This document shows, piece by piece, positions 56,081 to 64,000 of a DNA stretch of 64,000 nucleotides. The translations under genes and the position numbers were made by a program. The DNA is from a virus, in IMG/VR virus record IMGVR_UViG_3300042991_001118, positions 32,001 to 96,000 of that record, one strand, 5' to 3'. The notes under the pieces were generated by a model. The model saw nothing but the letters and a program-made list of their open reading frames with translations, was not told the DNA's origin and searched no databases. Positions within the stretch are counted from its first letter, which is position 1; each line of letters begins with the position of its first letter.

Positions 56081-58363
56081 TTAGCTTCCGCCTCCAATAA
56101 ATCCTGTTAATGCGAATTTGATATCTGGTCCGGTACGTATCGGGACATCCTGTGATGCTTTTTGACGTAATAAGTCTTTCAACAATGCGACCTCTTCTCT
56201 CAATAAAGAGATGATTGTCCGATTGATTTCCGTGTTATCATCCACCACGATTTTAGATTGTGTCGGGAACATCGTTGGTAAAATTTCTTGGATAATCTCT
56301 GGCTTTAACGGCAAAATCATTTCTGGACCAGCTTCTCCGACAATTGCCCTGGTCGGAGTGCGAACTACCCCACCTTCGGCAAAAGGCGTTGGAAGTTCTA
56401 ATCCGAACAAAGAGGCTAAAGATTCGCCGATAATGGGAATTTGTCCTGTTAAGGCATATCGTAATGGTTCAACGAGAGATGTATTGATAAGGCTTTTCAT
56501 TATCTCTAAAGGCGATTGAATTAGGGATAGCATAGATGAGAAAACGCTTCCGACATTGTCAATGGCTGAATCGAAGCCGAGCACAGACATCACGCTGGAA
56601 CCGAAACTTGAGAAAAAATCTAAGACAGCATTGAATGCGTCAGATACAGCCGTAGGCAACCACGTAAAAAATTTCCCAATATTGACGAAAATATCATCGA
56701 ATACCCCGACAACGGTTTCGCCATATTCTCGGAAAACATCCCCTAAGATTTCAGAAAACCACTCGACCACAAATGCTGCAAGTTCCAAAATCTTCGACAA
56801 AGCCCAAATCACAGGAGGCAAAACTTTGCTGAACACATTGGCTAAGATTTTTACGATTGCGCTTAGTGCTGGTGCCAATGCGATAGCTAATTGCCCTATC
56901 GCTCTAAATGCCTTTTCCAACACAGGCATGACATCCACTAAGGCTTCGCCAATGGTCTTTAGGAGAGGAGGCAACGCAGTCGCCAATGTCGAGAAAACGG
57001 TCTTCCATACCGAGAATATTGTCTGTAAAAGTGTGCGAATTGCTGGCAGCAAAGAATTTACCAAATTTTTAAAAACCGGAGCCAAGACCGTTCCAATTTC
57101 TCTAAAAATAGGGACTAAGGTCTTTGCCATTTCCTGAACAATTCCAATCATTTCGGAAAACAATGGTGTCAGGATAGGGATAATTGTCTCCATGATAAAA
57201 GAAAACATCCCGACTAAAATCTCTCCTATTCCAGACACCACTTGGCTCATGAAATTTAATCCTTCTGAAAATCCTTTGCTTTCAGTCATGAGTTTATTGA
57301 CATAATCCAATGATTTCAAAAGAATTTCTGATATTGCCAAGAAAAATGGAGTCAAAACTCTGGCAACAACTTCCGAAAGCCTGCCCGCCAGTTGCAGTAG
57401 AATATTTGACATTGGTTCAAAAACTGTTTCTATCGTTTCTGAAACTACAGAAAATGCTTCAAACATGCTTCCAAATTCGTCGCCTGAACCCCAGACAAAT
57501 TTTTTAATCATCGCGAGGGCGGCACCGACACCAGTCACTTGAAGTGCAAAAGTCACAAATTTCTGGGCTCCCATGAGGGCATAAGTAATCCCAGATATTT
57601 TCCCAAGGAATAGCGTAATATCTTTGCTTTTTTGGTAAAGTGTAACCCCTAAATCTAAGGCAATTTTGCCGACAGCCAACATAGAAATCCCTGCATTTTG
57701 GAAGGTATTTAAAATTGCGGATCCATAAGATTTTAAAAAATCGATACCCTTTCCGATCATTTGAGGTATTTCTACTACGGTCTTCGCTACACCTAAACTC
57801 GCAACCTTTGCCATTAACCAGGTACCTTCGATTGCCTTTGCGACTTTGGGATAGTTTGTTAATACGTGGTTGATTGTTGTATCATATATTTCTTTAGACA
57901 GTTGATATGCTTTTCCTATCGTCGCAGCATAAGTTTTTTCCGCAAAATCCGAGACGAATCCATATGCAATATTAAATTTCTCTTTCACGAAATCCACTGC
58001 TATGGATGCCTTATCTTTCATTTCAGAAATCGCCTTATTCAAAGGCGATAAAAAACTGTTTTGCAATTGCGTGAAAATAGCAGGTTGAGAAATTCCCATA
58101 ACCTTTGCCAGGTCTGCATACCAAATCTCTAAATTAGACAATGCTTTATTATATTGGATAGACAGAGATTGATTTATCCCAGACGTGCTTTTATCTATAA
58201 GTTCTACGGCTTTTTCTGGAAGACTCTTAGCGGACTCAAATCCATCCTGAATCCCTTTAATAATGTCTAAAGAGGCTTTTTCAACTCTTGAAAGTTGACT
58301 CTCAAAAGCTGGTAACTCCCTTAGTCCAAACAAAACCTCTATTGTGTTCAATGTGTCTGACAT
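56081..58363 (-). CDS. tape measure protein
   Basis: 760 aa, Ala/Leu-rich helical 11-residue periodicity; FAEGGVV..PT...VGEAGPE..LPL. Confidence 0.85.
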   Translation of the reverse strand: MSDTLNTIEVLFGLRELPAFESQLSRVEKASLDIIKGIQDGFESAKSLPEKAVELIDKSTSGINQSLSIQYNKALSNLEIWYADLAKVMGISQPAIFTQLQNSFLSPLNKAISEMKDKASIAVDFVKEKFNIAYGFVSDFAEKTYAATIGKAYQLSKEIYDTTINHVLTNYPKVAKAIEGTWLMAKVASLGVAKTVVEIPQMIGKGIDFLKSYGSAILNTFQNAGISMLAVGKIALDLGVTLYQKSKDITLFLGKISGITYALMGAQKFVTFALQVTGVGAALAMIKKFVWGSGDEFGSMFEAFSVVSETIETVFEPMSNILLQLAGRLSEVVARVLTPFFLAISEILLKSLDYVNKLMTESKGFSEGLNFMSQVVSGIGEILVGMFSFIMETIIPILTPLFSEMIGIVQEMAKTLVPIFREIGTVLAPVFKNLVNSLLPAIRTLLQTIFSVWKTVFSTLATALPPLLKTIGEALVDVMPVLEKAFRAIGQLAIALAPALSAIVKILANVFSKVLPPVIWALSKILELAAFVVEWFSEILGDVFREYGETVVGVFDDIFVNIGKFFTWLPTAVSDAFNAVLDFFSSFGSSVMSVLGFDSAIDNVGSVFSSMLSLIQSPLEIMKSLINTSLVEPLRYALTGQIPIIGESLASLFGLELPTPFAEGGVVRTPTRAIVGEAGPEMILPLKPEIIQEILPTMFPTQSKIVVDDNTEINRTIISLLREEVALLKDLLRQKASQDVPIRTGPDIKFALTGFIGGGS

Positions 58364-58364
58364 C

Positions 58365-58565
58365 TTAGCGACTCCTCATTTTATGCTCTTGTGCATGCTG
58401 CGCGTCTTCCATTTGTTTCTTTTGCTCTTTGGCTCTTTTTACATATCTTCGGATATAGTCGTCTCTTTGCCATGGAACCATCGTTGCCCATTCATCATAA
58501 GACCGTGAACAATAGAACATTAAATCTGCTCTTTGTTCACGGATATCTTCTAATCTAGGAACCAA
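58365..58565 (-). CDS. tail assembly chaperone C-terminal frame (probable +1 frameshift product)
   Basis: M.P.QR...I motif; no RBS; open from the TTTTTTC site. Confidence 0.6.
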   Translation of the reverse strand: MVPRLEDIREQRADLMFYCSRSYDEWATMVPWQRDDYIRRYVKRAKEQKKQMEDAQHAQEHKMRSR

Positions 58566-59295
58566 GGCTCCGAAAAAAGTCTAAAGGCAACTCCACTGCG
58601 AATTTAGCGTTGCACTCCGGACAGGCAACCTCTGTTCGCGTATTGTAACCAGTCTCTTTTTCTTTAATTGCACGGCGGAACACACGCAAGTCGCCACCTA
58701 GTGCCTTTTCAATCCAAGACATCTTTTCCATATCCGTCATGTTTTGATTCCCGTTAATCGCAATAATATGCTGTGCCAAAGTATACGTTTCTGTTTTATT
58801 CTTGGGCAAATTGAAACGGGATTGCTCTGAACTGAAATTTTCGATGATTTGCCAATCTCTCATCCTTAACATCCGAAACGTAACTTTGTGTTTTTCCATT
58901 GGCAATTCTTCTGTATCAAATGGCTCTTGCCATTTAGCACCAGTTGGAGCCATAACACATTTTAAATCGGTCATTTTCTTAGAGACAGACACGCTTTTAT
59001 TGCATCCAGGACATGTTGGATTCAATTTTACGTCAGGGCCGTAAGAAAAAGAAAAAATATTTATGAGTAAAGCAAACCAGTCATTGATGAGGAGGTCTTG
59101 AGAATTGAATTTTTGTGGAAATTGCACAAGCTCAGAAATCAAATGGTGAAGCAAAACTATATGATTTTGCTTTCCACTTCCCGCAAATAATTCTTCTTGT
59201 TCTCCACGGATTGGTAAAATAATCACATTCCCATCTGGGATCGCTCCTTGGTACAGGATACCACGTGATGGCAATGTATATGGTAATGATAACAT
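58555..59295 (-). CDS. tail/baseplate hub assembly chaperone (gp26-like)
   Basis: LPSRG..Y, EE.L, SYG, CPGC, CPEC..FF. Confidence 0.7.
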   Translation of the reverse strand: MLSLPYTLPSRGILYQGAIPDGNVIILPIRGEQEELFAGSGKQNHIVLLHHLISELVQFPQKFNSQDLLINDWFALLINIFSFSYGPDVKLNPTCPGCNKSVSVSKKMTDLKCVMAPTGAKWQEPFDTEELPMEKHKVTFRMLRMRDWQIIENFSSEQSRFNLPKNKTETYTLAQHIIAINGNQNMTDMEKMSWIEKALGGDLRVFRRAIKEKETGYNTRTEVACPECNAKFAVELPLDFFRSLGS

Positions 59296-59320
59296 TCTGT
59301 GTCCCTTTCACCTTATGCTT

Positions 59321-59923
59321 TTATATTTGGCTTGTCTCGCCTTGGAATGCTGGAGTTCCAATCGTTACAACTTCGACAATATCGCTAAATTTTTCTTCAA
59401 ACCAGTCTACCGAAAAACTCATATCGATTGTGACTAGACTTCCAGACTTGTAGTCCACATTAGGGAATGAAGGGTCTTGCGTTGGCCAAAGCCCATGCAT
59501 CTCATATTTCATTCTTGGCATGCCATTCCGGTCAAAAAGTATCGCCACACCATCTGCTTTTAAATCAGATACTGGTGCGCCAAGTCCTGTTCTCTCGTCA
59601 AAAACTAGGTCAAACCATTTATGCAATACCCTGCGCTGTCTACCATTTATGTAGTCATTAAAAGTGCAAGACAAATCACCAGCTTTCCCAACTTTCCCAG
59701 GATAATTGACGCTGCCAAACAAATAATTGATCGTCTCAGGAGATACTTTTCGAGTTTCAGGCAATTTAAAATCAGATAAGCCAATCATTAGGGCCGCCTT
59801 ACCTTCCGGTATACCAATTCGTGAAAGATGCAATTCTAGCATCCCCATATTGGACATCTGAGGCGCAAGACCAAGAGACCCCAATGCCGTCGCATTGAAA
59901 TCATAATTTAATTGTACCGCCAT
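59321..59923 (-). CDS. tail tube protein (gp19-like)
   Basis: LP, YPG, F.D, W, G.WP, F.VD; follows the sheath. Confidence 0.8.
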   Translation of the reverse strand: MAVQLNYDFNATALGSLGLAPQMSNMGMLELHLSRIGIPEGKAALMIGLSDFKLPETRKVSPETINYLFGSVNYPGKVGKAGDLSCTFNDYINGRQRRVLHKWFDLVFDERTGLGAPVSDLKADGVAILFDRNGMPRMKYEMHGLWPTQDPSFPNVDYKSGSLVTIDMSFSVDWFEEKFSDIVEVVTIGTPAFQGETSQI

Positions 59924-59933
59924 TTTTTACTCC

Positions 59934-62912
59934 TTAACCTGCTGGCGCAACATCGGCAAAACTTGCATTTGTCGGTGTATAAATCATTTGGAATTCGATT
60001 TCTTCCGCAGCCTCAGCGAACTGTAAGAAAATTTTACACAAGGCTTTCTTTTGGGCAATAGAATCTGCCGTATTCGTTGTGCTGTCACACAATACCTGGA
60101 AATCATATATCCCACGTGCGGCTTTTATAGGACGCAATATACTCTCGACCATTGCTGAAATTTCACGCCACAAAATCGAGTCGTTTAGCTCAAAGACAAA
60201 AGAACGGCCAATTCTGACAAGTTCCGCAGCAATTAAATTTGCAGTCCAACGGGAATGTATCCTATCCATCGATGTGGCTTTCCTCGCCATGGTATTTTCA
60301 CCATACAGATAAATTCCATCACCGATAAACTCGACGATAGGATTGACAACCTCTATGTTGTCTCCATACAGCCCTAGCATGCGTTCTCTCTCACCCTCAT
60401 CTGGTGAATACCGGAGATCATCGACGTTGATATTCCCACGACCAATTCCGGACATCGGATACCATGGTTTGAACTGGATGTCAATTCGGGCCATCAATGC
60501 TAAAATATCTCCCTCAGGAGGCTCCCAGACATTTTTGTCTGAATACTGGTCGTAGTAATTTAGCCAGCCATAGAAACACATTGCCTGGTCTGAATTGATA
60601 GAGGCGAGAGGAGGATAAGGAACATCTGCCATAGGGATTGCTGAACCACCAGGTGTAATGGCATTGTATTCTCCATTCACGAAGGCTTTTGCATTATCAC
60701 TATGCGGCAAATCCGGAATAGAGAAAATCCACATCCCTCTTCTGGCTTCCATCATCTCAATTCCTGCCAATTGTATCTGTCGATGGAATAGCCCTGGAGC
60801 CGTAGCGACATGTAGTGGCACTAATTCTGGATTAGCGAATAACTGTAATCCAGTCGAAACAGCTTCGATTTTTGTCCCAATTACATCCGACAACGTAAAA
60901 GCCCCAGACATCCCAATCTTTTGTCCGACGTAAGAATCATAGGAGACATCAGGTTCGCCCTGGAAAGCAGTTTCTTCCAATGTGATATACCTGGAACCAT
61001 TTTCAGAATCATTCACTGTTTCAACTAATTCCTTCATGGTTTTCAAGCTATCAAAAGTTTCAATCGCCGTGGTTCCGGATCCATGGTTAAACATAACTCG
61101 TAATCGATACCATTGTGAAGATTCAGGGTCTTCTGGCGAGGATTCGCTTTTATCAATCCAAACGTATAGTCCATCTGACAATATATCTCTCTCGTTTCCA
61201 ATCGGACCAGGATATTTACTCGTGCTATGCAAAACTATTGCGTCTGAATAAATTTGGATAGGGTAAGCCAACGCGGGTGCGCCTATAAACGTGATAGAGA
61301 ATTCTCCTGTGTTGTAATCAATCGAACCCGAACCACCAGAACCCTCAATATTCCCATCCCCATCATCTACTAACGGAGATGTTCCGACTGCATAATAAAT
61401 TTCTAAAGAACCAAGCTTTACAGGATATTCCTCAAGTGTTCCAGAAAACTCTAAGGTTGTTGAATCGCCATAAAAAACCGTCGCATGTCTGAAAAACGCA
61501 TCATATGATCCGCCATCTTCTAGTCCAGGGATGTAATCTCCAAGTGTCACAAAAGTGTGTACCAACGTCCACGAACCGGTTTGGTAATTTAAAGCACCAA
61601 TAACCGAGCTTCCAGATAGAACGCCAGTGCCATCATCTCGGACAAAAATGTCATATCTCGCGATGATAAGGGCTAAATTCTTCACGTTTGAGTTGAACTG
61701 GAACGCCACGGAACCACTTTGGTAATTGATGGTGCCAGGAATCGCCACATCTCCACTAAAGGTGCCATCGACTGCATCTGTCGCGGTCATTTCGATAGAA
61801 GATGTGTTTAAGGCTTTTATACTCAAAGAACCAGGCTTAATATTCGCTCCCAAATTTATCGCATATGAAGCCGATGCTCCATCGCCGATATCGCATTGAT
61901 CTTTACGGGGAACCAAAACCGTAAAAAATCCTGGACGTATTCCATTCCTAGATATTATTCCAGAATAACTCAATTGTGTAGACGACGTACTCCCAATAAT
62001 TTCATTCGTTCCACTCTTATAGGAGACTATAATATTCGCGGTCGGCGCAGCATTGAATGTGACAGTCCAATCTCCTGTTTCGTAATTTATCCTGCCTGTA
62101 CCACCATCATCTCCTGTTAAAATCCCTAGTCCGTTATCCGTAAAAGATTCGGCAGGCGTGGCGGTGCTTATTGTAAAAGTCCCTGGAGCAATCACCCTAC
62201 CTTCGGAACGGGAAAATTCTAATTCCGTGTTCGCTGGGATTGTATAGCCCCAAGAATTCCTAGCGGAAATTCCTCCGGAAGATGAGCTACTTGATTTAGA
62301 TGACGCGAAGGCACCATCATTTCCACCATTCAGCACCATTGGAACCATAACACCAGAAATCGGATCCAATGTCGAATCAGGGAACAACGCACCAGCATCT
62401 TCATGAAGTTCAACCGTGACATATGAAGGGGATGCGTTCATCACGTTCTTTATCGTAGAATTCGTAAGGTTAATAAATTTTTGTACTGGTTTGTCCAAAA
62501 AATAAATGTACACGTTGTATGAAGTCGCTGGACTTCCATTATGCGTAATGTTGATTTTTACCTGCCCGTTTGCCCAGGTACCAGCAGACGCTGCCTTAAA
62601 CGTGATAATTGGGATATTCTGTCCAGAAACAACTTTGTATTGCGATACCGACGCGTATTCCAACAAGGTACCAGCGATGCGAATCGCATTGAGCCTATTC
62701 CCATATCGCAAATATCGTATTCCCGCACACACCATGTGTTCGCCATCTATTGGGCGACCAAAGGCAGAAACTAAATTACCCTCATCTGTAAAGGTAAGCC
62801 GTTGGTTCACTGGACCCTTGGCCGCCGCACCAATTATCCCAACAATTGCGTTAGAATTAGCTGGCGCGTACGCCGATAGGTCAAATTCTCGTACTTTAAC
62901 TCCTGCAACCAT
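59934..62912 (-). CDS. tail sheath protein with inserted domains
   Basis: GV.VRE.DLS, G.A.KGP, FG.P, PWY..SG..RG, VNPI, FVFE.ND, V.CD...NT. Confidence 0.93.
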   Translation of the reverse strand: MVAGVKVREFDLSAYAPANSNAIVGIIGAAAKGPVNQRLTFTDEGNLVSAFGRPIDGEHMVCAGIRYLRYGNRLNAIRIAGTLLEYASVSQYKVVSGQNIPIITFKAASAGTWANGQVKINITHNGSPATSYNVYIYFLDKPVQKFINLTNSTIKNVMNASPSYVTVELHEDAGALFPDSTLDPISGVMVPMVLNGGNDGAFASSKSSSSSSGGISARNSWGYTIPANTELEFSRSEGRVIAPGTFTISTATPAESFTDNGLGILTGDDGGTGRINYETGDWTVTFNAAPTANIIVSYKSGTNEIIGSTSSTQLSYSGIISRNGIRPGFFTVLVPRKDQCDIGDGASASYAINLGANIKPGSLSIKALNTSSIEMTATDAVDGTFSGDVAIPGTINYQSGSVAFQFNSNVKNLALIIARYDIFVRDDGTGVLSGSSVIGALNYQTGSWTLVHTFVTLGDYIPGLEDGGSYDAFFRHATVFYGDSTTLEFSGTLEEYPVKLGSLEIYYAVGTSPLVDDGDGNIEGSGGSGSIDYNTGEFSITFIGAPALAYPIQIYSDAIVLHSTSKYPGPIGNERDILSDGLYVWIDKSESSPEDPESSQWYRLRVMFNHGSGTTAIETFDSLKTMKELVETVNDSENGSRYITLEETAFQGEPDVSYDSYVGQKIGMSGAFTLSDVIGTKIEAVSTGLQLFANPELVPLHVATAPGLFHRQIQLAGIEMMEARRGMWIFSIPDLPHSDNAKAFVNGEYNAITPGGSAIPMADVPYPPLASINSDQAMCFYGWLNYYDQYSDKNVWEPPEGDILALMARIDIQFKPWYPMSGIGRGNINVDDLRYSPDEGERERMLGLYGDNIEVVNPIVEFIGDGIYLYGENTMARKATSMDRIHSRWTANLIAAELVRIGRSFVFELNDSILWREISAMVESILRPIKAARGIYDFQVLCDSTTNTADSIAQKKALCKIFLQFAEAAEEIEFQMIYTPTNASFADVAPAG

Positions 62913-62927
62913 TTTGTATCCTCTCTA

Positions 62928-63629
62928 CTATTCTGGTTCAGTTTCCGCTTTAAAAATCGTCTCTTCTGAGACTTTATCGATAAATTCGCATACTATCCCA
63001 TGCGCGACTGGTACGGAATAGTATTGATGTGGAATCCATCCAAATAGAGTAAATGTGAAGGTTAGCCTGATTTCTGATTGTCTAAGTCCGCTATCCTCTA
63101 ACGAGGAATTATCTACTAGACTATCTTCCTGTAAGAGTAAATCTTGATATCCTAAGATTTTAGCAAAAGAAAAAACATCATTGGGCGGTTGATACCATCT
63201 AGAATCTGTAAAATCTACAGGGATACCCGACCATCCGTCAACAAATAATCTTCTGAGTTGGAATTCAATAATCCCAGATTGCGTTAAATCTTTGCAATAA
63301 ATATTGACTTCGCATTTTGATTTTACATACGATGGACTCCTCATCGCGTATCCAAACGAGGAATTTTTATTTGGAGTTATCCTATAAATTCCCTGTCCAG
63401 ATAATTCTTTCGCTTCAACAAATGGGTCTCTCCAGGCCGCCATGAATGGACGTGGTATAGATGCCTCTCCGGAGGATACGCTGATTTCAACATTCCTTTC
63501 ACGTTTGTACCACTCTCTGATTTGCGCATAGGCACGATCGCCTCCAGACCAGACACATGGTACGGCCTTCCCGTTCCATTTTATCTGTTGCATAAACCTC
63601 AAGATTGCATCGTTATATATTTCCATCAT
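62928..63629 (-). CDS. tail terminator / sheath stabiliser (gp15-like)
   Basis: Position before the sheath; P.P.MA..R, FTFTL.GWIP. Confidence 0.55.
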   Translation of the reverse strand: MMEIYNDAILRFMQQIKWNGKAVPCVWSGGDRAYAQIREWYKRERNVEISVSSGEASIPRPFMAAWRDPFVEAKELSGQGIYRITPNKNSSFGYAMRSPSYVKSKCEVNIYCKDLTQSGIIEFQLRRLFVDGWSGIPVDFTDSRWYQPPNDVFSFAKILGYQDLLLQEDSLVDNSSLEDSGLRQSEIRLTFTFTLFGWIPHQYYSVPVAHGIVCEFIDKVSEETIFKAETEPE

Positions 63630-63645
63630 GGCCTATATTCCAGTC

Positions 63646-63999
63646 CTATTCTTCGATATAGAAAACAGCATAGAGATCAATTGTGATATTTTCATTTCCT
63701 GCCGTAGTCGCCCACGTTGCAGATGTGTCAATCATCGCGCCTAATTTTTGTCCAGAACCGAATACAGGCGTTCCACTATAATGACTAATAGGTATCGAAT
63801 TTATTTGTTCAGAAGGAGCTATAGAATCAAGCTGTATCTGCAATTCTGTATCAGTAGATGCAACCCCCTCAAAAGACGGCTTCGCCGTAAGGATACCAGC
63901 CGACCTAGGAGAAGATGATTGGACTGCTATTCCAACGATGAATCCGGCTAGTGGCATAACGATTGATTGTCTTGAACCACTTTCGGAATGAACTGGAGC
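63646..63999 (-). CDS. structural protein, 5'-truncated by the window edge
   Basis: Frame stays open upstream of the annotated ATG to the window end. Confidence 0.5.
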   Translation of the reverse strand, partial: APVHSESGSRQSIVMPLAGFIVGIAVQSSSPRSAGILTAKPSFEGVASTDTELQIQLDSIAPSEQINSIPISHYSGTPVFGSGQKLGAMIDTSATWATTAGNENITIDLYAVFYIEE

Positions 64000-64000
64000 A

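Noticed and set aside
44678-63999. Stand-alone contractile injection system (eCIS/tailocin)
   Set aside because: Terminase, portal, head-morphogenesis and replication genes are in the same unit; capsid genes probably lie beyond the right edge
7452-63999. Plus-strand shadow ORFs, alternative genetic code, tRNA genes
   Set aside because: Plus ORFs are antisense to clear genes; the standard code gives dense full-length genes; no cloverleaf recognised

Overview
The window is almost entirely one large, AT-rich, contractile-tailed (T4-like architecture) phage or prophage, read mostly on the minus strand. From right to left it carries: a tail/baseplate module (sheath, tube, chaperones, tape measure, hub, spike, gp25, wedge, fibres); an SSB and a UvsW-like helicase; an intein-containing terminase, a portal and a head-morphogenesis protein; a Ser/Thr kinase with an FHA-GAF partner; about 15 kb of early/accessory genes (4 DNA methyltransferases, QueC-like, GNAT, tmk, tdk, antirepressor); an HTH plus primase-helicase replication unit; a 5-repeat orphan CRISPR array; and a 3-kb repeat-rich non-coding region that looks like a replication origin. 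At the left end, IS982-type terminal inverted repeats (239-256 / 2793-2810) enclose both an IS982 DDE transposase and an intact IscB nuclease, and the right repeat is embedded in the 5' part of the IscB omegaRNA. This is the best candidate for an undescribed system. Other notable items are a kinase with a WNK-like relocated catalytic lysine, a plasmid-style antisense RNA in front of the primase, and tandem paralogues sharing a capsid-targeting-like leader. All calls come from motif recognition by eye; no searches were run.
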